In this document: in pieces, positions 37,677 through 47,180 of the stretch | Position numbering within the stretch: the first letter of the stretch is position 1 | Layout: the number at the start of each line of letters is the position of its first letter | Source: Fastidiosipila sp. | GTDB taxonomy: Bacteria > Bacillota > Clostridia > Saccharofermentanales > DTU023 | Length of the DNA stretch: 64,000 nt | Reading direction: 5' to 3' | Assembly (NCBI GenBank): GCA_012511175.1 | Contig: JAAZGO010000010.1 | Span: forward strand, 5,563 to 69,562 | The notes under the pieces: generated by a model | Told to the model about the DNA's origin: nothing | Seen by the model: the letters and a program-made list of their open reading frames with translations, nothing else | The model's database searches: none | Made by a program: the position numbers and the translations under genes

Positions 37677-38770
37677 AAAAAACGGAGAGCGGCAAAACCC
37701 TTACCGCCCGGCTGCGGTCCTCGCGCCTGCTGATCCCTTTGGCCAGCATCGTTTTGACTTTTGCCGTATTGACCATCGTCTTTGTCGCCATCGGCCGCAA
37801 TCCCTTTGCTGCTATTTACAGTTTCTTCCAGGGCTCCGGGCTGGGTATGAAGCCCTCCTACTCGAAAAGCAGCAGCATGTTGACGGACTTCCTGTCCTAC
37901 CTGGGTATTCTTTCGCCCATGCTTCTTGGATCGTTGGGGGTTGTTGTCGGCCTGCGCGGCGGTCTTTTCAACATAGGCGTTTCAGGCCAAATGCTGACGG
38001 CGGGCTTCCTCGCCACCATCCTGGTCGGTTATTCAAAATTGCCCCCGCCTCTTTCGATTCCGCTTGTACTGCTGATCGGGCTTCTGGCCGGTGCCGCACT
38101 TGGCGCCATGATCGGCTGGCTGAAATACCGCTTCAATGTGCACGAGGTGGTATCCAGTATCATGTTCAATTACATCGTCAGTTTTCTGACCGGCTATTTC
38201 ATCAAGACCAAGTACGTTGACCCTATCATCCGCTCGTCCAGGCAGGTTGCCGCCAATGCCAGGCTTCACATCATTTTCAAGACAGCCTCAGGCCTGAAGC
38301 TGGTCATTCCAGTAAGCATCTTTATCGCGGTTGCCATGGCCTTTTTGATCCGCTTCTATCTGGAGCGGATGTCCGGCGGTTTTGAAATCCGCATGGTGGG
38401 TTTCAACCGCGAGGGTGCCGCTTACGCTGGTGTGCCCATCCGCAATGTCATGATCCGCACCATGCTGATTTCCGGTGCCCTGGCAGGTCTTGCCGGCGTG
38501 ACCTATTACCTGGGCTACTATTCCACCATGGTGCCCAAAGACCTGCCTTCCCTGGGTTATGACGCCATCGCGGTGGCCTTGCTTGGCAATCTTGGTCCCG
38601 TCAGCTGCATCCTGTCTTCAGCCCTGATCACTATTTTCCAAAAGGGCGCTGTTTACATGAGTTCCGCTACCGGCGTTGTCCGTGAGATTGCTTCACTGGT
38701 GACAGGAATTCTGCTGCTTTTCAGTTCACTCGGCGTTTCAATGCGTGAACGGTCGCGCCATTACGACTAG
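37673..38770 (+). CDS. ABC transporter permease (BMP/nucleoside system)
   Basis: 365 aa and polytopic. Its start overlaps the ATPase stop. Confidence 0.8.
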   Translation: MKKTESGKTLTARLRSSRLLIPLASIVLTFAVLTIVFVAIGRNPFAAIYSFFQGSGLGMKPSYSKSSSMLTDFLSYLGILSPMLLGSLGVVVGLRGGLFNIGVSGQMLTAGFLATILVGYSKLPPPLSIPLVLLIGLLAGAALGAMIGWLKYRFNVHEVVSSIMFNYIVSFLTGYFIKTKYVDPIIRSSRQVAANARLHIIFKTASGLKLVIPVSIFIAVAMAFLIRFYLERMSGGFEIRMVGFNREGAAYAGVPIRNVMIRTMLISGALAGLAGVTYYLGYYSTMVPKDLPSLGYDAIAVALLGNLGPVSCILSSALITIFQKGAVYMSSATGVVREIASLVTGILLLFSSLGVSMRERSRHYD

Positions 38771-38789
38771 CAGGAGGGTGAGGTGAAAT

Positions 38790-39752
38790 ATGATCGATAA
38801 AATTATCATTGACGGCCTGGCTTTCTCTCTCCCGCTCTTTGCCATGGCCATCGGGGGCATTTTCAGTGAAAAAAGCGGCATCACCATGTTGGCCCTGGAG
38901 GGTATACAGGGTTTCGGTGCTTTTTGCGGCGCGGTCGCCTTCGCCTATCTTCAGCCGGTCATCCGCGGTGGCACTCAAGTCATTGTCTACCCGGTTCTCT
39001 TCGCCGCCATGTTGGGGGGCATGATCTTTGCCCTGCTTCACGCCTACATGTCCATTCGTTTCCGGATCAATCAGGTTATCAGCGGCGTCGTTGTCAATAT
39101 TCTGGCCATGTCATTGACGATCTTCCTTACCGGACTGATTAATGAAGGCCTGACAGGTGAACCATCAAATAAAATCTGGCTGGGGGCTGCCCCCCGCTTC
39201 AGCGTACCGGGGATCAGCAGGATTCCCGTAATCGGTGCCATCTTCCGCGATCTTTACATTTTTGCCCCCTTCATTGTTGTTTTCGCGGTTGTCTCGGCCA
39301 TCCTGATCTATAAGACCCGCTTTGGCCTCCGACTCCGGGCTTGCGGCGAAAACCCGGAAAGCGTTGAGGCAGCCGGCTGCAGCGTTAAACGGATCCGCTA
39401 TCTGGCCCTGGTCATCTGCGGCCTTCTCACAGGGCTGGGCGGCATGAATTTCGCCTTTGCCTTTTCCGCCAACTTCTCGCCCACCATCTACATGGGTTAT
39501 GGTTACCTGGCCATCGCGGCCCTGATCTGCGGCAACTGGGATATCCGTCGGACGCTTCTAACCTGCCTGATTTTCGGTTTTGCCCGGTCGGGAGGTTACC
39601 AGCTCATCCTGAAGCTGGGTATGTCGAGCGATGTGTCCGACCTCCTGCTCATGATTCCTTATGTGCTGACCCTTCTGCTCCTGCTCTTCTTCTCCCGGCA
39701 CAACCATCCGCCGAGTGCCCTCGGGTCGGACTATGAGTACGACCGGCGCTAG
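38790..39752 (+). CDS. ABC transporter permease (BMP/nucleoside system)
   Basis: 320 aa and polytopic. This is the second permease of the same operon. Confidence 0.8.
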   Translation: MIDKIIIDGLAFSLPLFAMAIGGIFSEKSGITMLALEGIQGFGAFCGAVAFAYLQPVIRGGTQVIVYPVLFAAMLGGMIFALLHAYMSIRFRINQVISGVVVNILAMSLTIFLTGLINEGLTGEPSNKIWLGAAPRFSVPGISRIPVIGAIFRDLYIFAPFIVVFAVVSAILIYKTRFGLRLRACGENPESVEAAGCSVKRIRYLALVICGLLTGLGGMNFAFAFSANFSPTIYMGYGYLAIAALICGNWDIRRTLLTCLIFGFARSGGYQLILKLGMSSDVSDLLLMIPYVLTLLLLLFFSRHNHPPSALGSDYEYDRR

Positions 39753-41500
39753 GAGAATCAAAGCGTGATCTGCCCGGTATTCTGTTGAGAATATTTACGT
39801 ATTTACGTGGAAATTTGTAATAGAATTGGAAATCTGTTAGCTTAATGATGTAAATCAGGGAATATCCATGAGCTTATGAAGCGTTCGTTCGCAGGAGCCA
39901 GCCAAGTGATGCTTGTCAAGAGGGACAGATATCTCAATCAATTGATCAGGAGAAAGCATAACCGCTTGATCAAAATTATCACGGGTATCCGTCGCTGTGG
40001 GAAATCTGTACTTTTGTTTGAGCTTTTTGTTGAACATTTGCTCAGTCAAGGAGTGGACAATTCCAAAATTATCGCGATTGCTCTTGATGACAGGAGAAAT
40101 CAGGCATTGCGTGAACCGGATGCATTGCTCGCTTATATTTTGAACAGGGTTAAAAGTGACGGATCCTACTATGTCCTGCTTGATGAAGTCCAGTATGTTC
40201 CCGAATTCGAAGACGTTCTCAACACTCTTCTTCATATTGGAAAAGTTGACGTGTATGTCACAGGAAGCAATTCCAGGTTTCTGTCTTCGGATATTGTGAC
40301 AGAATTTCGCGGTCGCGGTGATCAAATACGAATGCATCCATTCTCTTTCTCGGAGTTTCTGTCGGGATTCAGAGGTCCCAGGGAGGAGGCTTGGCGGGAA
40401 TATTACACATATGGAGGTTTGCCCCAGATCTTGACTCTGACATCTCCGGAGCAGAAGAAAAGCTTTCTTCAGTCGCTTTTTCAGTCTGTTTACGTGGCAG
40501 ATATTGTCGAACGCTATAAGATTCGACATGATTCGGAAATGGTCGAGTTGTTAATGGTGCTGGCTTCTGGAATCGGTAGCTTGACCAACCCGCATAAACT
40601 TGAAAAAACCTTTCGCAGCAAGAAGAATATTTCCCTGTCCTACAACACAATTTCAAAATACCTGGAGTATCTTCAGGATGCTTTTCTTCTTGAAAAAGCG
40701 ATCCGATACGACGTCAAAGGTAAACGTTACATTAACTCGCCCTATAAATATTACTTTTCTGACACCGGCTTGAGAAATGCCTTGCTGGAATTTCGCCAAA
40801 CCGAAGAAAACCACCTGATGGAGAACATCCTGTTTAATGAACTGAGATTAAGGGGTTTTTCCGTAGATACAGGCCTGGTCCCGGTCCACACTAAGGATAG
40901 TCAGGGCAGGTCGCAACTTAAGCAATTTGAAATTGATTTTGTAGCGAACAAAGGTGATTTACGCTATTACATCCAGTCCGCCTATCGAATTGATACAGAC
41001 CGTAAAAGGAATCAGGAGGTGCGCTCCCTGACTCATACCAATGACTCCTTCCGGAAAATTATCATTGTAGGAGATCCGATTTCTCCCTATCACGATGAGC
41101 GTGGAATCCTGAATATCGGAATTCAGGACTTCCTGTTGGGCGTACACGGTTTGCTGGATTAGATCGCCCTGCCGGGCCTGTTTTCGATTGGGGTTTGCCG
41201 GCGCGAAAGTTGGTTCAATTTCCGGCTCAAAATTCACTATCTTCACCCCAGTATAAAGATCACCCTTTTTCATTTGCAGAGGCACCCCTCCTTTCATTTC
41301 CCGGATGATGGGATTGCGGATGGTGATCCCACGGCCCATTTGGACAAAGGGATATACTTCGAGGCCTGAAATATAAAGGACTGCACGCCTTCTTTGAAAC
41401 ATATAATCCCATTTCCTTACAGAAAGAAAGGGTAAGCTCCTTGCGCAACTCCAATCCCAAAACATAGGATGTTGGAAAATGAGAGATTTTGAAGACCCGA
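39753..41500. other. low-GC islet (roughly 40-45% GC by eye versus ~57% in the flanks)
   Basis: Hand counts give 23 G+C of 60 nt in 40021-40080, against clearly GC-rich flanking lines such as 39301-39360. The islet contains the DUF4143 ATPase gene and a questionable antisense ORF. Confidence 0.5.
39876..41162 (+). CDS. AAA+ ATPase with C-terminal DUF4143 domain (COG1373-type)
   Basis: The Walker A motif is ITGIRRCGKS and the Walker B-like motif is YYVLLDEVQ. Overall architecture matches the widespread ATPase/DUF4143 family. An alternative ATG is at 39909. Confidence 0.75.
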   Translation: MKRSFAGASQVMLVKRDRYLNQLIRRKHNRLIKIITGIRRCGKSVLLFELFVEHLLSQGVDNSKIIAIALDDRRNQALREPDALLAYILNRVKSDGSYYVLLDEVQYVPEFEDVLNTLLHIGKVDVYVTGSNSRFLSSDIVTEFRGRGDQIRMHPFSFSEFLSGFRGPREEAWREYYTYGGLPQILTLTSPEQKKSFLQSLFQSVYVADIVERYKIRHDSEMVELLMVLASGIGSLTNPHKLEKTFRSKKNISLSYNTISKYLEYLQDAFLLEKAIRYDVKGKRYINSPYKYYFSDTGLRNALLEFRQTEENHLMENILFNELRLRGFSVDTGLVPVHTKDSQGRSQLKQFEIDFVANKGDLRYYIQSAYRIDTDRKRNQEVRSLTHTNDSFRKIIIVGDPISPYHDERGILNIGIQDFLLGVHGLLD

Positions 41501-41594
41501 TTCAACCGCATTTATCGCGCGGTTGATCCTGCATCCGATGTCATGGCAGCACAAAGGACAAGGCTGCCGGGTTATCGATACCGTGCACGAGTAC

Positions 41595-41623
41595 TGGACA
41601 AAGCAGGGTCTTCCTGCTATTAT
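41595..41623 (+). promoter_or_regulatory. candidate SigA-type promoter of the str operon
   Basis: TGGACA, a 17-nt spacer, then TATTAT, about 65 nt upstream of the rpsL ATG. A 6-bp hairpin GCCCGC-att-GCGGGC (41635-41649) lies in the leader. Confidence 0.5.
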
Positions 41624-41688
41624 TTGTTTTCAGTCGCCCGCATTGCGGGCAACTTTATGAGCAAATCTTTACGGAAGGAGGTGTGTTG

Positions 41689-42114
41689 ATGCCTACGTTC
41701 AACCAGTTGGTAAACAAAGGACGGAAATCGAAAAAGAGCAAGACAAACGTTCCGGCGCTGGCGTCCGGACTTAATACTTTAAAACGTCGTGCCTCGTACT
41801 ATTCGTCACCGCAGAAGCGGGGCGTGTGCACGGTGGTAAAGACGACAACGCCGAAAAAACCGAATTCAGCGCTCCGCAAGGTCGCGCGTGTCCGTCTTAC
41901 GAATCAGCACGAGGTTTATGCGTATATCCCGGGAATCGGTCACAACTTGCAGGAACACAGTGTGGTCCTGATCCGCGGCGGCCGTGTCAAAGACCTGCCG
42001 GGCGTCCGCTATCATGTCATACGCGGCACGCTCGATACAGCCGGTGTCTCTGATCGGAAACAGAGCCGGTCCAAGTACGGAGCCAAGCGCCCGAGAGTCG
42101 CGAAGACCAAGTAA
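41689..42114 (+). CDS. rpsL: 30S ribosomal protein S12
   Basis: [14 protein letters not shown]...[18 protein letters not shown] is canonical S12. The RBS is GGAAGGAGG. Confidence 0.97.
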   Translation: MPTFNQLVNKGRKSKKSKTNVPALASGLNTLKRRASYYSSPQKRGVCTVVKTTTPKKPNSALRKVARVRLTNQHEVYAYIPGIGHNLQEHSVVLIRGGRVKDLPGVRYHVIRGTLDTAGVSDRKQSRSKYGAKRPRVAKTK

Positions 42115-42260
42115 CGGCCAGCGGTTGGACAAACATGCAGGAGAACACGCCTCTTTGACCGGGCCTGTTTTTTGAGCATGACACGTGTCCATATCGTGAG
42201 TACCTGTGGTTTCGGGTTCCCATGGAAGAACCCGCATAATCATGAAAGGAGGGAAGACCA

Positions 42261-42731
42261 TTGCCAAGGAAAGGCCATATTCCCAAAAGAGAAGTACTGC
42301 CCGACCCTGTCTACCATGACGTGCGGGTGGCAAAACTGATTAACAACGTGATGCTGGACGGCAAGAAAGACCTTGCCCAAAGCATTGTGTACAATGCTTT
42401 TGACCTGATTGAACAGCGGGCCGGCGAATCGCCGCTCGAAGTGTTCAACAAGGCCATGGAGAACGTGATGCCCGTGCTTGAAGTCAAGGCGCGCCGTGTT
42501 GGCGGATCCAACTATCAGGTCCCCATCGAAGTGCGTCCCGACAGACGTCAGACACTGGCACTGCGCTGGATTGTTCAGGCGGCACGCACCCGAAGTGAGC
42601 GCACAATGAAAGAGCGCCTGGCCAACGAACTGCTGGATGCATCCAAGCAGGCCGGGGCAGCGCACCGGAAAAAAGAAGAGATTCACCGTATGGCAGAAGC
42701 CAACCGTGCCTTTGCCCATTACAGGTGGTAA
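42261..42731 (+). CDS. rpsG: 30S ribosomal protein S7
   Basis: A TTG start follows GAAAGGAGGGAAG. (M)[17 protein letters not shown]...[10 protein letters not shown] is canonical S7. Confidence 0.97.
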   Translation: MPRKGHIPKREVLPDPVYHDVRVAKLINNVMLDGKKDLAQSIVYNAFDLIEQRAGESPLEVFNKAMENVMPVLEVKARRVGGSNYQVPIEVRPDRRQTLALRWIVQAARTRSERTMKERLANELLDASKQAGAAHRKKEEIHRMAEANRAFAHYRW

Positions 42732-42767
42732 GTGACATCTTAAGGAAACTTGCAGGAGAACAAACAG

Positions 42768-44843
42768 ATGCCCAGGGAATTCTCGCTTGAGAATACAAGA
42801 AATATCGGCATCATGGCCCATATCGACGCCGGCAAAACGACGACGACCGAACGGATCCTTTACTATACAGGGCGGATTCACCGGCTGGGTGAAACCCACG
42901 AAGGTGCCGCTACCATGGACTGGATGCCCGAAGAGCAGGACCGCGGGATTACCATTACCTCGGCCGCGACGACAACGACCTGGAAAGGGTGCCGGATTAA
43001 CATCATTGACACCCCGGGCCATGTCGATTTTACCGTCGAGGTCGAAAGGTCGCTCCGCGTACTGGATGGGGCCGTCACTGTTTTGTGCGCCAAGGGAGGC
43101 GTTGAACCGCAAACTGAAACCGTTTGGCGCCAGGCTGACACTTATGGGGTTCCCCGCATCGCCTACATCAACAAGATGGATATCGTCGGAGCTGATTTCT
43201 TCCACGTCGTCAAGATGATGAAGGACCGCCTTGGTACCAACGCGGTTCCGATTCAGCTGCCTGTCGGCAAGGAAGATTCTTTTCTCGGCATTATCGATTT
43301 GATGACGATGAAGGCTGAGATTTATCAGGGAGAAGATCTGGGTAAAACCATTACTGAGGCCGATATTCCCGCGGATCAGCGGGAAGAGGCCAGGGAGTGG
43401 CGCGCCAAAATGATCGAAGCCATCTGTGAAACCGATGACGATCTGGCTGAGAAGTTTCTCAGCGATGAGGAAATTTCAGCTGAAGAGCTGAAAAAGGCAC
43501 TCCGGACAGCGACCATTGCGACGGCCATCACGCCCGTGACTTGTGGTTCTTCCTACAGGAACAAAGGGGTGCAGATGCTGCTGGACGCCATGGTTGAATA
43601 CCTGCCTTCGCCGGTCGATATTCCGCCGGTTGTGGGAATCGACCCGAGGAGCGGTGAGGAGCTGACACGTCCGGCCGACGACAAGGCTCCTTTCTCTGCC
43701 TTGGCCTTCAAGGTCATGACCGACCCCTATGTGGGTCAGCTTTGTTTTTTCCGAGTCTACAGCGGTACGCTGAAAGCAGGCACTTACGTAAAAAATGCGA
43801 CCAAGGACAAGCGCGAGCGGATCGGGCGCATCCTGATGATGCACGCCAATCACCGTTCGGATGCCAGCGAGGTCTACGCCGGCGATATTGCTGCCGCCGT
43901 CGGCCTTCGTAACACGACTACGGGTGATACCCTGACGACTGAGCAGGCCCCCATCGTTCTTGAGAGCATGGATTTTCCGGAGCCGGTCATCTCGGTTGCC
44001 ATTGAACCCAAGTCCAAGGCCAGCCAGGAGAAACTGGACGGCGCCCTGGCCAAATTGGCCGAGGAGGATCCGACCTTCAGGACCCGCGTCGATAAGGAAA
44101 CAGGACAGATGATTGTTTCCGGCATGGGTGAACTCCATCTGGCTATCATTGTGGATCGGCTTTTGCGTGAATTCAAAGTTGAAGCCAACGTAGGCCAACC
44201 GCAGGTTGCCTATCGTGAGACCATTACCAGGGAAGCACGGGGTGAAGGACGATTCGTTCGGCAAACCGGAGGCCATGGCCAATATGGGCACGCCGTTATC
44301 GAGATTGCTCCGCTTGAGTCAGGCAAGGGCTTCGTTTTCGAAGACAAGACAGTCGGGGGTGTGATCCCCAAGGAATTCATTAAGTCAGTGGAAGAGGGCA
44401 TCCGCGACGCCATGAACGGCGGGGTGGTTGCCGGCTATCCAGTCGTGGACCTGAAGGCGACCCTGATCGATGGTTCCGCTCATGAAGTGGATTCGTCGGA
44501 CATCGCCTTCCGCATTGCCGGTTCCATGGCTTTGAGAGATGCCATGAAACACGCGGATGCTATCCTGATGGAACCCATCATGAAGGTCGATGTCATCGTC
44601 CCCAGCGAATACCTGGGTGATGTACTGGCAGACCTGAATGCCCGGCGGGGCCAGATCCAGGGAATGGAAGCGGCCCATAATGCGCAGGTTGTCGATGCCT
44701 TCGTCTCCTTGTCGGAGATGTTCGGCTACGCGACCGCTCTAAGGTCGCGAACTCAGGGAAGAGGTGTTTTTACCATGCAGGCCAGTCATTTCGAGCAGGT
44801 GCCCGAGAATGTCCGGGCCAGCATGGCGACTCACCAGCACTAG
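42768..44843 (+). CDS. fusA: elongation factor G
   Basis: [31 protein letters not shown]. The ATG at 42768 follows AGGAGA; the ORF opens at 42750. Confidence 0.97.
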   Translation: MPREFSLENTRNIGIMAHIDAGKTTTTERILYYTGRIHRLGETHEGAATMDWMPEEQDRGITITSAATTTTWKGCRINIIDTPGHVDFTVEVERSLRVLDGAVTVLCAKGGVEPQTETVWRQADTYGVPRIAYINKMDIVGADFFHVVKMMKDRLGTNAVPIQLPVGKEDSFLGIIDLMTMKAEIYQGEDLGKTITEADIPADQREEAREWRAKMIEAICETDDDLAEKFLSDEEISAEELKKALRTATIATAITPVTCGSSYRNKGVQMLLDAMVEYLPSPVDIPPVVGIDPRSGEELTRPADDKAPFSALAFKVMTDPYVGQLCFFRVYSGTLKAGTYVKNATKDKRERIGRILMMHANHRSDASEVYAGDIAAAVGLRNTTTGDTLTTEQAPIVLESMDFPEPVISVAIEPKSKASQEKLDGALAKLAEEDPTFRTRVDKETGQMIVSGMGELHLAIIVDRLLREFKVEANVGQPQVAYRETITREARGEGRFVRQTGGHGQYGHAVIEIAPLESGKGFVFEDKTVGGVIPKEFIKSVEEGIRDAMNGGVVAGYPVVDLKATLIDGSAHEVDSSDIAFRIAGSMALRDAMKHADAILMEPIMKVDVIVPSEYLGDVLADLNARRGQIQGMEAAHNAQVVDAFVSLSEMFGYATALRSRTQGRGVFTMQASHFEQVPENVRASMATHQH

Positions 44844-44976
44844 CAGAGAGGATGCCTGTGAAGGGCTCCCGGCGCACGACACGTTGCGCATATACAGGTT
44901 TTATGAGAAAATTGTAAGACCAAAATTTTCAAAGCAAACGATCCGAGAAATGATCGACCAGCAGGAGGATATTTGA

Positions 44977-46182
44977 ATGGGAAAACAGAAATTTGAAAGA
45001 ACCAAACCACATGTCAATGTTGGAACCATCGGTCACGTCGACCACGGCAAAACGACCTTGACCGCGGCCATTACCAAAGTGCTTTCGAGCGAAGGTCTGG
45101 CAAGCTTCACCGACTATGCCGCCATTGACAAGGCACCCGAAGAGAGGGCCCGCGGTATTACCATTAACGCGTCACATGTTGAGTACGAAACCGCAAAACG
45201 TCATTACGCGCACGTTGACTGCCCGGGACACGCTGACTACATCAAGAACATGATCACCGGTGCGGCGCAGATGGACGGCGCGATTCTTGTCGTTTCGGCC
45301 GTTGACGGCCCCATGCCCCAGACCCGCGAGCATATCCTGCTCGCCCGCCAGGTTGGTGTCCCCGCCATTGTCGTATTCATGAACAAGACTGACCAGGTGG
45401 ACGACCCCGAGCTTCTCGATCTGGTTGAGATGGAAATCCGTGAACGTCTGGACGAGTACGACTTCCCCGGCGACGACACGCCCATTATCCGGGGTTCTGC
45501 CTTGGAGGCGCTTGAGTCCACAAGCACCGACATGAGTGACCCGGTTTACAAGCCCATCCTCGATCTGATGGAAGCGGTCGATGACTTCATCCCCACACCG
45601 GTCCGTCCGATTGACCAGCCCTTTGCCTGTCCAATCGAAGACGTCATGACCATCACCGGCCGCGGCACGGTTGTTACCGGCCGGGTTGAGCGCGGTCAAA
45701 TCGATATCAACAAGCCGGTCGAGGTTGTCGGATTAGCTGATGAACCGAGAAAGACTGTTGTGACCGGGATTGAAATGTTCCGCAAGATGCTCGACCACGC
45801 TGAGGCAGGTGACAATGTCGGCTTGCTGCTCCGCGGCGTGGCGCGTGACGAAGTCCGGCGCGGTCAGGTGGTGGCAGCACCCGGATCCATTAAACCGCAC
45901 AAGAAATTCATCGGTCAGGTTTACGTGCTGACCAAGGATGAGGGCGGCCGGCATAAGCCTTTCTTTGATGGCTACCGTCCGCAGTTCTACTTCCGGACGA
46001 CTGACGTGACGGGCGTTGCCCACTTGCCTGAAGGAGTCGAAATGTGTATGCCGGGCGACCACGTCGAAATCAATGTCGAACTGATCACTCCGATCGCCAT
46101 CGAGCCGGGACTGAAGTTCGCTATCCGTGAAGGCGGCAAGACGGTCGGTTCAGGTACGGTTGTCAAAATTGCTGAAGACTGA
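44977..46182 (+). CDS. tuf: elongation factor Tu
   Basis: [33 protein letters not shown]. The RBS is GCAGGAGGA. Confidence 0.98.
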   Translation: MGKQKFERTKPHVNVGTIGHVDHGKTTLTAAITKVLSSEGLASFTDYAAIDKAPEERARGITINASHVEYETAKRHYAHVDCPGHADYIKNMITGAAQMDGAILVVSAVDGPMPQTREHILLARQVGVPAIVVFMNKTDQVDDPELLDLVEMEIRERLDEYDFPGDDTPIIRGSALEALESTSTDMSDPVYKPILDLMEAVDDFIPTPVRPIDQPFACPIEDVMTITGRGTVVTGRVERGQIDINKPVEVVGLADEPRKTVVTGIEMFRKMLDHAEAGDNVGLLLRGVARDEVRRGQVVAAPGSIKPHKKFIGQVYVLTKDEGGRHKPFFDGYRPQFYFRTTDVTGVAHLPEGVEMCMPGDHVEINVELITPIAIEPGLKFAIREGGKTVGSGTVVKIAED

Positions 46183-46206
46183 TTGATTCGATCTGTTTTC
46201 AATCAG

Positions 46207-46244
46207 GAGCGCCCCGTGCCACTTACAGCCGGGGCGCTCTTTTG
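46207..46244 (+). terminator. rho-independent terminator of the str operon
   Basis: GAGCGCCCCG-13 nt-CGGGGCGCTC is a 10-bp stem followed by TTTT. Confidence 0.8.
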
Positions 46245-46290
46245 ATAATGAGAATGATGAGACAATGAAAGCGTCAGGGAGGTGGCGGTC

Positions 46291-46824
46291 ATGCAGGACA
46301 TTCTTCTAGTGGTTGATATGCAAAACGATTTTGTAGACGGTTCCCTCGGGACACCGGAGGCCAGGTCAATTGTCTCCAATGTGGTCAAAAAAATGAAAAA
46401 GTTCGATGGTCCGGTTCTTTTCACCAAGGATACACACCAGGCAGACTACCTGGAAACTCAGGAAGGCCGGCTGCTCCCCGTGGAGCATTGCATCCGCGGA
46501 ACCGAGGGATGGGAAATTGTCGGGGAAGTTGCTCAAGCACGTCAAGGGAAGGTGATCGAGAAAGATACCTTTGGCGCCCGGGATCTCCCCTCCACGCTGA
46601 TGGAAATGAATGAGGAGGAGCCTATCCGGTCCATCACCCTGGTTGGCCTTTGTACCGACATCTGCGTCATTTCAAACGCCATGCTGATCAAGGCATTCTT
46701 ACCGGAGGTCGAAATCAAGGTGGACGCCAGCTGCTGTGCAGGCGTCACGCCGGAAAGTCACAAAATTGCCCTGGAAGCCATGAAAGTCTGCCAGGTCAGT
46801 GTGACTGGCGAACCGCAGGGCTAG
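46291..46824 (+). CDS. cysteine hydrolase / isochorismatase-family protein (nicotinamidase-like)
   Basis: MQDILLVVDMQNDFV...LVGLCTDICV shows the D-K-C catalytic triad context of the isochorismatase superfamily. Confidence 0.75.
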   Translation: MQDILLVVDMQNDFVDGSLGTPEARSIVSNVVKKMKKFDGPVLFTKDTHQADYLETQEGRLLPVEHCIRGTEGWEIVGEVAQARQGKVIEKDTFGARDLPSTLMEMNEEEPIRSITLVGLCTDICVISNAMLIKAFLPEVEIKVDASCCAGVTPESHKIALEAMKVCQVSVTGEPQG

Positions 46825-47180
46825 CCGCCCGGCTTAAGTTTGTCGTAGTCCCCTTGCCGGTAACCGACAAGCACCTGATCCTCGAAAATGAAAACCGGCC
46901 GCTTAACCAGCATGCCGTCTGAGGCAAGGATCTCGATCATTTCTTGATCCGTCATCAGGGGAAGCTTATCTTTCAGCTTCAGCTCACGGTATTTCATGCC
47001 GCTGGTATTGAAAAAGGCCTTAACCCCCTTGCCGCTTTTGGCAATCCAGCCGGTCAGTTCCTCTCCGGTCGGCCTGTCTTTTTGAATATCGCGGAAGGTG
47101 TAGGGAATGTCATGTTCATCAAGGAAACTCCTTGCTTTACGGCAGGTCCCTCATTTGGGATAGCAGAGAAACAGATTCAT
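46821..47180 (-). CDS. ArsC/Spx-family thioredoxin-fold protein, predicted selenoprotein (in-frame UGA at codon 10, UxxC motif)
   Basis: The gene is not in the ORF track because TGA at 47151-47153 splits it. Read-through translation gives MNLFLCYPK-U-GTCRKARSFLDEHDIPYTFRDIQKDRPTGEELTGWIAKSGKGVKAFFNTSGMKYRELKLKDKLPLMTDQEMIEILASDGMLVKRPVFIFEDQVLVGYRQGDYDKLKPGG*. This is colinear with the ArsC/Spx/YffB family along its full length (CxxCRKA, FFNTSG, YREL, DGMLxKRP, VGY). The ATG overlaps the upstream stop (ATGA) and follows GGAAAGGAG. selC and selB are in the same window. Confidence 0.8.
47120..47134 (-). promoter_or_regulatory. candidate bacterial SECIS hairpin
   Basis: CAAGGA-gtt-TCCTTG is a perfect 6-bp stem starting 16 nt after the UGA. 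The G-first apical loop begins about 22 nt downstream, inside the usual bSECIS window. Confidence 0.4.

Noticed and set aside
40959-41465. 168-aa minus-strand ORF downstream of and overlapping the DUF4143 ATPase gene
   Set aside because: It overlaps the ATPase 3' end by ~200 nt and has no convincing RBS or family resemblance. It could be a gene remnant but cannot be supported as a CDS.
42240-44291. Long minus-strand ORFs (42240-43205, 43476-44291) opposite rpsG and fusA
   Set aside because: They lie antisense to universally conserved ribosomal and EF-G genes. They are shadow ORFs.
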